Part shown: positions 20,626-30,281 of the stretch, piece by piece
How positions within the stretch are numbered: position 1 is the stretch's first letter
Layout: every line of letters starts with the position of its first letter
DNA from: Alphaproteobacteria bacterium
GTDB taxonomy: Bacteria; Pseudomonadota; Alphaproteobacteria; JAAXGF01
Assembly: GCA_963555825.3 (NCBI GenBank)
Contig: CAUVXB020000001.1
Span: 1,504,001 to 1,568,000 of the forward strand
DNA: 64,000 bases
Direction of reading: 5' to 3'
The notes under the pieces: generated by a model
Databases searched by the model: none
What the model was told of the DNA's origin: nothing
The model's input: only the letters and a program-made list of their open reading frames with translations
Program-made: the position numbers and the translations under genes

Positions 20626-21329
20626 GTTCGGTCTCGCGAGGCCGCGACGCCTACGCCGCGCGCTCGGGCGAGATTGACGACCTAGTGCTCGCGGCTGCGC
20701 AGGCGGTGTGGCGTTGCCAGTCGCTGAGTCCGTTTCCCGCTCGAAACGAGACATCCGCGACGACGTCGCTTGAGGTCCACTCATGCCCCTTTGCGGTCAT
20801 TCCGTCGTTTGAAAGCCAAGACGCGCATCCATGCCGAGCGGTTGCGTCTGACGCTCGATCACAGTCGCGATGACGATACCGCCGTCGTCTCACCGGTCCC
20901 GACCCATACCGACGTCGCGAGCCGCGCCAGCAGGCACCTTGAAACGGTGACGCGTGAACTGAACGACCGACCCGCACCGGCCTGATCAAGCCCCGCCACG
21001 GCGTGCTCGAAATCTGCGACGTGCCCCGGCCCGCGCGATTGGTCGAAGAGGTCGCCGGTCGGTAACCGCCGCTCAAACGGCGGCCATCGGAATTTCCCCA
21101 TCATTTGTGCGAAATCCCACAGCCGGTGTCTCGGCACGATTGCATCGTGTCCGTGCGGCGACGTTCGCCGAGCCCTGGCACTGCAAAAATTTTGAATTTC
21201 GAGCGGCGCCGGCTCCGATTGCCGCACCGGGATGTTCTTCGTCCCCGATGCCACGCAACCGAGATGCATGAAAGTGAGGCGAAAGTGCAAGAGTTACTGG
21301 GTCATGTGATGTCGCCGCGCTGCCTGTTG

Positions 21330-21587
21330 ATCGCCAACGAGGCGGTCGAACTCGACTATTTGGCGTTGTCCTACCGCGAGCAGGGCCGCTACATCGAAGC
21401 TGAGCAGCTGCTGAAACGCTCGCTCTTGATTCGAAAGCAGGCGCTCGGGCCCGAGCACCCCGATGTTGCCATGAGTCTCGAGAACTATGCCAGCCAGCTT
21501 CGCGAGACCGGGCGCGACGCCAAGGCCACGCGGCTCGAGACCCGCGCCCAGGCGATCCACGCCAAGAACGTCGAGGCGGGCTTGTAG
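21330..21587 (+). pseudogene. C-terminal fragment of a TPR protein
   Basis: LALSYREQGRYIEAEQLLKRSL..ALGPEHPDVAMSLENYA is a kinesin-light-chain-type TPR; no convincing 5' part. Confidence 0.6.
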
Positions 21588-21751
21588 GATAAAGGCCGTT
21601 TGTAACGTTTACCGGTCGTCACGGTGGGGACCGGCCGAGGAGCTCCCGAGACCGAGCAGCTGGTCAAAGCGAGGCAACCGCGAACCCGTGATGTCAGGCT
21701 CGTCGAGGCGAGTCGATCGGCTTTCATCGGTAGCAGACCAGGGAGCTAATC

Positions 21752-22291
21752 ATGCGAAATTCAGCAAAACTATTTGTCGTGGTAATGTTGGTTTTTTTCG
21801 TAGCAGCCTGCTCATCCGGCGTGACACGCGCGCCAGAGATCGGGTTGCAGAGCCCGCAGTTCGATGAGCCGGGAGAAAAGGCTGGAAGCCTGAGCGTCAA
21901 CCTAACGGAAGAAGCGCGAAAAGAGGTCACCGAGAACTTCAAATTTGACCAAGGGCATCTGCATGAGACGATCCGTCGTGCCCTCGAAGTAAACAATCTG
22001 CTCTCGGCGAACCCCGACCCCTCGCTGCCAAGCGTAGTGGTCATGGTGACCTCGGTCCGCGTCAGGTCCAATTTTTCTGCTGTTATGTTCGGCTTCATGG
22101 CGGGGGATGATCACATCGACGGCGACGTGTTGGTTCACGCGGCCAACGGGAGCGAGTTGCAAAGGTTCAGTGTCTCGGCATCCTACGCCCTGGGTGGTTT
22201 GGCGGGCGGTCAGGACAGTGCACGGATGGGCTGGCTCTATGAAAGCTTCGCCGAGCGCATGATGGAAGAGCTGACAGGTAAATCCAAGTAG
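21752..22291 (+). CDS. Lipoprotein, DUF4410-like
   Basis: GGGAG RBS, lipobox VAAC, motif VRVRS..AVMFGFMAGDDHIDGDV..YALGG. Confidence 0.75.
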   Translation: MRNSAKLFVVVMLVFFVAACSSGVTRAPEIGLQSPQFDEPGEKAGSLSVNLTEEARKEVTENFKFDQGHLHETIRRALEVNNLLSANPDPSLPSVVVMVTSVRVRSNFSAVMFGFMAGDDHIDGDVLVHAANGSELQRFSVSASYALGGLAGGQDSARMGWLYESFAERMMEELTGKSK

Positions 22292-22321
22292 CCTATATTT
22301 GCAGTGACGCGGAGACCTGCA

Positions 22322-22965
22322 ATGCAGCGTTATTGTCCGTATCTCGTAATCATGATTTTGCTCGCGACGGGGCCGGTCTTTGCGGTCGCTCCCAACGGCG
22401 TCGATACCGTCTTGCCTTGGTCGCCCATATCGAACCATCTATGGTTAGCCGGTTCATCGAGGGAAACCACTGGCCCCGTTGGCAACCTGTCAAAGATGGA
22501 GCGGCTTGAATGGCGCATCGGGGCTGTTGTGGCTGGGGGTGAGCTGTGTGGATATTACAGCAAGGCCGCAAAGGTCAGTTCTTTCATGGCAGCATCGCCC
22601 TATTTCAAGAAAGGAATTTCCCAATCGGGGCGCTTTGATTTCGCTACAGGATGCGGCAGTTATGAAAAAGCGCTCGATAATTTGATTGGTCGAAAAAAGG
22701 ATTGGGAAACTTATTTAGCGGCAACATATTCCAGTTAAGATACCTCGACAGCTTCCAAAGAGGATAGACGCCAGACCGCGGCGCTCGCGCCGCCGCCGGA
22801 AGAGAGTATTCCTATTGCGGAAGACGACCTGTTGACGGATGGAAACGTCAAACGAGTCGTCATGGAATTTTATAACGCTCGCAAAATAAGAAGGCCGGGC
22901 AGTTGGGCAGGCAGTTTTCGCGTGAGCAATATGGACGAAGTTGTTGAAATCACATTAAATAATAT
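22322..22965 (+). pseudogene. Secreted hypothetical protein with an internal TAA (22736-22738), 3'-truncated by an IS1016-like element
   Basis: Signal peptide; the frame stays open and protein-like for ~75 codons after the TAA (DTSTASKE...EITLNN) up to the IS end. Confidence 0.6.
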
Positions 22966-22974
22966 GGGGCTGTC

Positions 22975-24096
22975 CTAGTGTCCCGATTCCGAAGTTCGCA
23001 TGATTTTCGCCTGCTGTTCAGCGATTTCGATTGTTCGGAGGCAGAAGCGCTGGATGGCGCCGAGGATGTCATCGGCGGATTTGGTCCATTTGAAGGGTTT
23101 GGGGTTCTGGTTTGTCGTGTCGATGTAGTCGAGGATGGTGCGCTCCAACTCCTTGGTGGAGCGATGGACGCCGCGCCTGATCTGCTTGTCGGTCAGCAGC
23201 CCGAACCAGCGCTCGACCTGGTTCAGCCAGGAGGCGCTGGTGGGTGTGAAATGGGCCTGCCAGCGCGGCCGTTTGGCGAACCAGTCGCGGATCGCCTTGG
23301 TCTTGTGGGTCCCGTAGTTGTCCATGACGATGTGGATGTCGAGATCAGCAGGGACGTTCGCCTCGACGAGGTCGAGGAATTTGCGGAACTCTCGGGCCCG
23401 ATGGCGCGGGAAACATTTGCCGATGATCTCTCCCGTGGCGATGTCGAGGGCCGCGAAGAGAGAGGTCGTGCCGTGGCGCTTGTAGTCGTGGCTGCGCCGC
23501 TCCGCCTGCCCGGGGCGCATCGGCAAGAGGGGCTGGGAACGGTCCAGGGCCTGGATCTGGCTCTTTTCGTCGACACAGAGAACCAGGGCACGATCCGGCG
23601 GCGCCAAATACAGACCGACGATGTCGCGGACCTTCTCCACGAAGAAGGGATCGCTCGACAGCTTGAAGGTCTCCGAGCGATGCGGCTGCAAGCCGAAGGC
23701 CCGCCAGATGCGATGAATGGTCGAGGGCGCGTGGCCGCTCGCCCGCGCCATCGAGCGAAGGCTCCAATGGGTCGCGTCCGGCGGCGTCTCTTCCAGCGTC
23801 AGCCGGACCGCTTCCGCGATGGCGTCATCGCCGATTTGACGCGGCGCGCCGGGGCGGGGTTCGTCGTACAGACCGTCGAGGCCCTCCGCCGCATAGCGGC
23901 GACGCCACTTGCCCACGGTGTCCGCGCTCGCCTCGAGACGAACGGCGATCTCCTTGTTCTCCAACCCTTCCGCCGCCGCCAAGACGATCCGAGCCCGCCG
24001 CGCAAGCCCCTGCGACGTCTTGCGACGACGAGACAGCGCCTCCAATTCGGCGCGCTCGTCATCGCTCAAAGAGATCGTCACCGCCACTCTCGCCAT
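22975..24096 (-). CDS. IS630-family transposase
   Basis: [43 protein letters not shown]; the stop codon uses the target TA. Confidence 0.95.
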   Translation of the reverse strand: MARVAVTISLSDDERAELEALSRRRKTSQGLARRARIVLAAAEGLENKEIAVRLEASADTVGKWRRRYAAEGLDGLYDEPRPGAPRQIGDDAIAEAVRLTLEETPPDATHWSLRSMARASGHAPSTIHRIWRAFGLQPHRSETFKLSSDPFFVEKVRDIVGLYLAPPDRALVLCVDEKSQIQALDRSQPLLPMRPGQAERRSHDYKRHGTTSLFAALDIATGEIIGKCFPRHRAREFRKFLDLVEANVPADLDIHIVMDNYGTHKTKAIRDWFAKRPRWQAHFTPTSASWLNQVERWFGLLTDKQIRRGVHRSTKELERTILDYIDTTNQNPKPFKWTKSADDILGAIQRFCLRTIEIAEQQAKIMRTSESGH

Positions 24097-24156
24097 CAAT
24101 CGCGCCTCCTAAAAACAAATAGAGACATAATCATATCAATTTATCGATCAGGACAC
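22978..24156 (-). mobile_element. IS630-family insertion sequence, complete
   Basis: Ends (TA)GTGTCCCGAT / ATCAGGACAC(TA); TA duplicated at 22976-22977 and 24157-24158 within CTAG. Confidence 0.93.
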
Positions 24157-24447
24157 TAGCTAAGCGGCATGCTTAGGCTAGGATGGCGGGATGTACGAGA
24201 GGAAAAGCCGGCTCAGTGATTGGAAGCGCGGTCGTCTGATTGAGCACTTCGTTGCGGGTACGACGGCTCGGGCAGCAGCCGAACTGGTTGGCGTCCACCG
24301 GAACACGGCGGCCTCGTTTTATACTCGGCTGAGAACGGCAGAGCAATAATCCCCCACTGAAGCGGCCGGTCGATCCGGCTGCGGCGGACCAAAATGGGAC
24401 CGCGTATAGCCTTCTGTCAGGGTTGCTCTGACTGGAAGGCGGGGGGG

Positions 24448-25947
24448 ATGTATCGGGTGGAGTTGTACGCACGGGTTCGGCGGGCGTGTCATGTCGAGGG
24501 GATGAGCACCCGCGAGGCCTCGCGGGTGTTTGGTGTAGACCGCAAGACGGTCCGTAAGATGCTGTCGTTCTCGGTGCCGCCAGGGTATCGCCGAAGCGCG
24601 CCGCCGAGGCGGCCAAAGCTGGGTCCGTTCACGGGAATCATCGATCGGATCTTGGAAGACGATCGGACCAGCCACCGCAAGCAACGGCACACTGCGAAGC
24701 GCATCTTCGACCGCCTCCGGGACGAGTACGGTTTCACGGGCGGCTACACCATCGTGAAGGACTACGTTCGTGAGCAGGGGCTTCGGTCGCGTGAGGTGTT
24801 CGTGCCACTCTCCCATTCCCCCGGTCACGCCCAGGCGGACTTCGGCGAAGCGATGGCGGTGATCGGCGGCGCGTTACGGAAGATCCACTTCCTTGCCTTC
24901 GACCTTCCCCACAGTGATGGTTGCTTTGTTGCGGCCTATCCGGCGGAGACGACCGAAGCATTCTGCGATGGCCACAACGCGGCGTTTGCCTTCTTCGGCG
25001 GCGTCCCCCGATCCATCCTGTACGACAACACCAAGCTGGCGGTTGCCCGGATCCTGGGCGATGGGAAGCGGCAGCGAACGCGCGTCTTCACGGAGCTTCA
25101 GTCCCACTATCTGTTCGAGGACAGGTTCGGCCGGCCGGGCAAGGGCAACGACAAGGGCAAGGTCGAGGGACTGGTCGGCTTCATCCGGCGGAACTTCCTG
25201 GTCCCCGTCCCGCGTGCCGAGAGCTTCGCGGCCCTCAACGATGCTCTCGCCGAACAGTGCCGCCGGCGCCAGGCGGCGCGGCTGCGGGGCCACAAGGAGA
25301 CCATCGGCGAGCGTCTCGAGCGGGATCGTCAAGTTCTCTTGCCATTGCCGCCTGCTCCCTATGATGCCTGCGATAAGCGCCCTGGACGGGCGAGTTCGCT
25401 GTCGCTGGTGCGTTACCGCAGCAACGACTATTCCGTGCCCGTGGCCTACGGCCACCGTGAGGTGCTCATCCGGGGCTACGTCGATGAGGTGGTGATCAGC
25501 TGCGGGGCCGAGGTGATCGCCCGGCACCGCCGGTCCTACGACAGCGAGGACCTGATCTTCGACCCGCTGCATTACCTGCCCTTGATCGAGCAGAAGATCG
25601 GCGCCCTCGACCAGGCCGCGCCATTGGCGGGCTGGGACCTGCCCGAGGCCTTCATCACTCTGCGGCGGCTCCTCGAAGCTCGTATGGGCAAGGCAGGCAA
25701 GCGCGAGTACGTCCAGGTGCTCCGTCTACTGGAGACCTTCCGGCTCGAGGAGGTCGAGGGTGCGGTCGGCGACGCCCTGCGGCTCGGCGCAATCGGCTTT
25801 GATGCGGTGAAGCACCTGGTACTGTGCCGCATCGAGCGGCGGCCGCCCAGGCTCAACCTCGACGTCTATCCGTATCTGCCGCGCGCCCGGGTCGCGATGA
25901 CGTCCGCCAAGTCGTACATGAGCCTGCTGTCGGGGCTCGGCGCATGA
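24448..25947 (+). CDS. istA: IS21 transposase IstA
   Basis: HTH, AQADFG, LYDN, DKGKVEGLV; 499 aa. Confidence 0.95.
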   Translation: MYRVELYARVRRACHVEGMSTREASRVFGVDRKTVRKMLSFSVPPGYRRSAPPRRPKLGPFTGIIDRILEDDRTSHRKQRHTAKRIFDRLRDEYGFTGGYTIVKDYVREQGLRSREVFVPLSHSPGHAQADFGEAMAVIGGALRKIHFLAFDLPHSDGCFVAAYPAETTEAFCDGHNAAFAFFGGVPRSILYDNTKLAVARILGDGKRQRTRVFTELQSHYLFEDRFGRPGKGNDKGKVEGLVGFIRRNFLVPVPRAESFAALNDALAEQCRRRQAARLRGHKETIGERLERDRQVLLPLPPAPYDACDKRPGRASSLSLVRYRSNDYSVPVAYGHREVLIRGYVDEVVISCGAEVIARHRRSYDSEDLIFDPLHYLPLIEQKIGALDQAAPLAGWDLPEAFITLRRLLEARMGKAGKREYVQVLRLLETFRLEEVEGAVGDALRLGAIGFDAVKHLVLCRIERRPPRLNLDVYPYLPRARVAMTSAKSYMSLLSGLGA

Positions 25948-26708
25948 CCGACACACCGCAAGTGCTGCTCGCCCACCACCTCAAGACGCTGAAGCTGCCG
26001 ACCTTCCTGCGCGAGTACGACAAGATCGCCCGGCAGTGCGCCTCGGAAGGCGTCGATCACGTCCGCTACCTGTTGAGACTCGCCGAGCTCGAGCTGATCG
26101 ACCGCGAGCGCCGCATGGTCGAGCGGCGCATCAAGGCGGCGCGCTTCCCCGTGGTCAAGAGCCTCGACAGCTTCGACTTCAAGGTCATCCCCTCGCTCAA
26201 CAAGGCGCTGGTCCTGGAGCTGGCCCGCTGCGAGTACATCGAGCGCCGCGAGAACCTCATCGCGCTCGGCAACAGTGGGACCGGCAAGACCCACATCGCC
26301 CTCGGTCTCGGCCTGGCGGCCTGCCAGAAGGGCCTCTCGGTCGGCTTCATCACCGCCGCCGCGCTGGTCCACGAACTCATCGAGGCCCGCGATGACAAGC
26401 AGCTGCTGAGGTTCCAGAAGAAGCTCGCCACCTACAAGCTTCTGATCGTCGACGAACTCGGCTTCGTGCCGCTGTCGAAGACCGGCGCCGAGCTGTTGTT
26501 CGAGGTGTTCAGCCAACGCTACGAGCGGGGCTCGACCCTGGTCACCACCAATCTGCCCTTCGACGAATGGACCGAGGTGTTCGGCTCCGAGCGCCTCACC
26601 GGCGCGCTCCTCGATCGCCTCACCCACCACGTCAACATCCTCGAGATGAACGGTGACAGCTACAGGCTCAACCAGAGCCGCAGGCGTCAAACCCCGACTG
26701 CTAACTGA
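25944..26708 (+). CDS. istB: IS21 helper ATPase IstB
   Basis: ATGA overlap with istA; Walker A and B motifs. Confidence 0.95.
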   Translation: MTDTPQVLLAHHLKTLKLPTFLREYDKIARQCASEGVDHVRYLLRLAELELIDRERRMVERRIKAARFPVVKSLDSFDFKVIPSLNKALVLELARCEYIERRENLIALGNSGTGKTHIALGLGLAACQKGLSVGFITAAALVHELIEARDDKQLLRFQKKLATYKLLIVDELGFVPLSKTGAELLFEVFSQRYERGSTLVTTNLPFDEWTEVFGSERLTGALLDRLTHHVNILEMNGDSYRLNQSRRRQTPTAN

Positions 26709-26899
26709 ACCGACCACCCAGCCCACGCTTGACCCCGTGGGCCCACAGGTCCCTCCCGCGCGCGCCGCCGCGTCAGCCTGTTGAGGGCACGCCGCGTCGC
26801 GCGCGGGGCCCTCCCGTGGACTACGGGGACAAGCCCGCAGCCGCCAAGCGGTCCCTTCTTACACCGCCGAGGTGGTCCCTTTTTGCTCCGCCATTGACA

Positions 26900-27537
26900 A
26901 TGACCGGCGCGGCGCCGGCCTGGACGCCGAGGCGCGCGCCGCCGTCGACTTCGAGCTCGACTGCCTGCTTGTTGCACAGATCGAGCATCATCCGGCAGGT
27001 GACGTTGCCTTCCTTCTTCGAGCCGCCCGTCAGGTGCCGTACACCGCCCAGCGCGAGCATCTGCGAGCCGTATTCGGCGGTCGTGACATGGCCGACCTGC
27101 TCGCCCTCGCAGCGCACCGCCGCCTGCTCGGGGCCGATGTAGCGGTCGGTGTCGATCTTCATCTTGATGCCGCAGTAGCTGAAGATGCCCTCGGTCACCA
27201 CGGTCACCATGTCGACGCCGTCGTGCTCGGCGGCGACGATGAAGGGCGCCGGCTTGTAGTCGGGGTACGTGGTGCCCGAGCCGATGCCGGTCAGGAAGGC
27301 CGGCCCCTTCGAGATCAGGTCGCCGTCCCAGTCGCCGGCGAGGAACGGCACCATGCGGCCGTCCTCGTCGAGCGTCTTGCGCGCCATGACCACCGGGTCG
27401 GTGCGCGTCAACACGCCGTCGGCGTTGGCGTAGCGGTCGCAGGCGCCGGTTCGCCCGGGCCGGATGCGGCACAGCACCGGGCAGGCGTCGCAGATGACGA
27501 CGTCGTCGCGCCCGCGTTTACCGGCGGCCTCGGTCAT
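26900..27537 (-). pseudogene. 6-hydroxynicotinate reductase, 3'-truncated by IS21
   Basis: CDACPVLC..GACDRYAN, GTTYPDYKPAPFI, VTEGIFSYCG, EYGSQML; runs into the IS21 right end after APVI. Confidence 0.82.
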
Positions 27538-30281
27538 GCTTCCCTCCCCGCTTCGTTGGCGAGGATGGCGGCGCGCACCCGGTCGGGTGTCGCCGGCAGG
27601 CGGCGGATGCGCGCGCCGGTGGCGTGGTGGATGGCGCCCAGGATCGCCGGTGCGGTCGGGACCAGCGCCGGCTCGCCGATGCCTTTGGCGCCGTAGGGGC
27701 CGAGTGGCTCGGCGTCATCGACCGATATGCAGTCGATCTCGGGCACGTCGCCGAAGGTCGGGATCAGATAGTCGTGCAGGTTCTCGCTGACGCCGGGGAT
27801 GTATTCCTCCATCAGCGCGAAGCCGATGCCCTGGGCGACGCCGCCGTGGATCTGTCCCTCGACCTGGACCGGATTGATCGCGCGCCCGACATCGTGCGCC
27901 GCGACGATGCGCCGCGGCTTGACGGTGCCCAGCTCGACGTCGACCTCGACCTCGGCGATCTGCGCGGCGAAGCCGTAGGTCGCGTAAGGCACCCCCTGCC
28001 CTTCGGCGTCGAGCGTCGTGGTCGGCGGGTCGAAATGCCCCTCGCCGAGCAGCACGTCGCCGTTGGCGTCCTCGGCCAATCCGGCGAGATCGATGGCGCG
28101 GCCGGCGTCGCCCTCGCGCACCACGACCCGGCCGTCACCGATCTCGATGGCCGCGGCGTCGCCGGTGTTGGCGAGGCGCAGGATCTGCCCGCGTAGGTTG
28201 AGACCAGCCAACTCGGCGGCCTTGCCGGAGACGAAGGCTTGGCGCGACGCCGAGGTCTTGCCGGCGTCGGCGGTCCGATCGGTATCGCCCATGACCAGCG
28301 CGAACAGCGCCATCTCGACACCCAACGCGTCGGCGCAGATCTGCGTCATGATCGTGTTGGAGCCCTGGCCGATGTCGACCGCGCCGTTGTACAGCGTGAG
28401 CGTGCCGTCGCGCTTCAGCCCGACGCGCATGGTCGACGGGTTCGACAGCGAGGTGTTGCCGATGCCGTACCACATGCAGCCGATGCCGACGCCCTGCCGC
28501 AGGCTCGTCGCGCCCGCGTTGAAGGCTTCGGCCGCCGCGCGGCGCTCGCGCCATTGGGGCTTGAGCGCCTCGAGGCAGGCGACCAGGCCGCAGCTCGCCT
28601 CGAGCGTCTGGCCGGTCGCCGTCGTGTCGCCCGCGCGGATCGCGTTGATCAGGCGGAACTCGAGCGGATCGATGTCGAGCCGCTCGGCGAGTTCGTCGAT
28701 CAGACCCTCGTGGACCAGCGCGCCCTGCGGCACGCCGAAGCCACGGAAGGCGCCACTCGGCGGCGCGTTGGTGTAGATCGCCCGGCCGCGCGCCTCGATC
28801 GCCGGTACGCGGTAGGGCCCGGTGGCGTGGACCGGCACCCGGTTGGCCACGGTCGGCCCCCATGAGGCATAGGCGCCGGTGTCGAAGTCGGCATGGAACG
28901 CGAGCCCGGTCAGCCGGCCGTCGTGCGTGCAGCCCATCCGTCCGGTCATACGCGCCGGGTGGCGCTTGGTCGTCGCGGCCATCGATTCGGGCCGCGTGTA
29001 GACGGCGCGCACGGGCCGATTCAACAGCCAGGCGGCGATCGCGACGATCGGTTGCAGCGAGACGTCGAGCTTGCCGCCGAAACCGCCGCCGCAGGCGCTC
29101 GGGATAATGCGTACCCGGTCCGGCGCGACGCCCAGGACGCGGGCGACCTCCTCGCGGTCCATGTAGGGCGCCTGGGTGCACGCGCCGACCTCGATGCGAT
29201 CGCCGACGCGCCGCGCATAGCCCGCCTCGGGCTCGATATAGGCGTGCTCGACAGAGCCGGTCTCGAAATGGCCTTCGGCGACGACGTCCGACGCCGCAAG
29301 CGCGGCCTCGACGTCGCCGCGGCGCACCAGCCCCTCGATCAGCACGTTGCCGGGTTTGTCGGCGTGGAGCCGCGGCGCGCCCGGCAACATTGCCGCGTCG
29401 ATGCCCACGATCGGCTCGAGCACCCGCCAGTCGATCGGCACCTCCTCGTCGCGGATCGCCGTGACCGTCGCCTGGTCGCCGACCAGCGCGACCGCCGGAT
29501 CGCCACGGTAGCGCACGTAGCCGTCGGCCAGCACCGGCTGGTCCTTGATGTCGGGATAGATGCCGAAGCCGTTGAGGCCCGGCACGTCGGCCGCACTCAG
29601 AACGCGCACCAGGCCAGGGTGGCGCGCGAAGACGTCGTCGAAGGCGCCCAGCGTGAAGCGCGCATGGGCGTGCGGCGAGCGCACCAAACGGAGCCACAAG
29701 GCGTCGGCCAGCGCGACGTCGTCAGCGAACATCTCGGCGCCGGTCAGCTTGGCGATGCCGTCGGTCTTGGGCACCCGCGCGCCGACCGCGCATCCGGCAG
29801 GCGGCATCGGCGAAGCTACCGTGCCGGCGACGTCGAGCACGGCGTCGACGATCTTGCGATAGCCGGTACAGCGGCACAGTACGCCACCCAGCGCGTCGAC
29901 CGCCTCGGCCTCGGTCGGCCGGGGTTTGCGCCGCAACAACTCGGTCGCCGCCATTAGCATGCCCGGCGTGCAGATGCCGCATTGCGCCGTGCCGTGCCGG
30001 TGGAACGCCTGCTGCAGGTCGGACAAGCCGCCGCTTCCGCCGAGCCCCTCGACGGTGACCACGTCGCGCCCCGCGACCTGACCGACCGGGACCATGCAGG
30101 CGCAGACCTGAGCGCCGTCGAGCAATACCGTGCAGGCGCCGCAATCGCCGGCGTCGCAGCCGATCTTGGTGCCGGTGAGCCCGGCCTCGCGCCGCAGCAC
30201 GGTAGCGAGCCGCTCGATCGGCCGCGCCTCGACTAACGTGGTCTCGCCATTCAGGGTGAAGCGCAGGCTCTGCGTGTTCAT
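27534..30281 (-). CDS. Xanthine-oxidase-family molybdenum hydroxylase, fused [2Fe-2S] and Moco-binding subunit (probably nicotinate dehydrogenase)
   Basis: GCDAGDCGAC, QCGICTPG, LCRCTGY, GGGFGGK, AFRGFG, GAKGIGE; start MNTQSL overlaps the upstream stop (ATGA). Substrate is inferred from the adjacent hnr. Confidence 0.88.
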   Translation of the reverse strand: MNTQSLRFTLNGETTLVEARPIERLATVLRREAGLTGTKIGCDAGDCGACTVLLDGAQVCACMVPVGQVAGRDVVTVEGLGGSGGLSDLQQAFHRHGTAQCGICTPGMLMAATELLRRKPRPTEAEAVDALGGVLCRCTGYRKIVDAVLDVAGTVASPMPPAGCAVGARVPKTDGIAKLTGAEMFADDVALADALWLRLVRSPHAHARFTLGAFDDVFARHPGLVRVLSAADVPGLNGFGIYPDIKDQPVLADGYVRYRGDPAVALVGDQATVTAIRDEEVPIDWRVLEPIVGIDAAMLPGAPRLHADKPGNVLIEGLVRRGDVEAALAASDVVAEGHFETGSVEHAYIEPEAGYARRVGDRIEVGACTQAPYMDREEVARVLGVAPDRVRIIPSACGGGFGGKLDVSLQPIVAIAAWLLNRPVRAVYTRPESMAATTKRHPARMTGRMGCTHDGRLTGLAFHADFDTGAYASWGPTVANRVPVHATGPYRVPAIEARGRAIYTNAPPSGAFRGFGVPQGALVHEGLIDELAERLDIDPLEFRLINAIRAGDTTATGQTLEASCGLVACLEALKPQWRERRAAAEAFNAGATSLRQGVGIGCMWYGIGNTSLSNPSTMRVGLKRDGTLTLYNGAVDIGQGSNTIMTQICADALGVEMALFALVMGDTDRTADAGKTSASRQAFVSGKAAELAGLNLRGQILRLANTGDAAAIEIGDGRVVVREGDAGRAIDLAGLAEDANGDVLLGEGHFDPPTTTLDAEGQGVPYATYGFAAQIAEVEVDVELGTVKPRRIVAAHDVGRAINPVQVEGQIHGGVAQGIGFALMEEYIPGVSENLHDYLIPTFGDVPEIDCISVDDAEPLGPYGAKGIGEPALVPTAPAILGAIHHATGARIRRLPATPDRVRAAILANEAGREA

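Larger units (their letters stand above)
22966..24329 (+). mobile_element. IS1595 (IS1016-group) remnant, left TIR split by IS630, truncated by IS21
   Basis: TIR GGGGCTGTCC-TA-GCTAAG is restored on removing IS630. 24191..24329 encodes MYERKSRLSDWKRGRLIEHFVAGTTARAAAELVGVHRNTAASFYTR, an IS1016-type N-terminus. Confidence 0.8.
24330..26899 (+). mobile_element. IS21-family element copy B, intact
   Basis: TG...CA ends, internal end repeats (AAAAGGGACC-like), istA-istB; no target duplication. Confidence 0.96.

Noticed and set aside
20770-20985. IS30 transposase remnant (LETVTRELNDRP)
   Set aside because: A single short motif with no ends or further similarity.
15576-26899. Composite transposon inserted as a single unit
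   Set aside because: No outer target duplication, and the outer flanks belong to two different genes.
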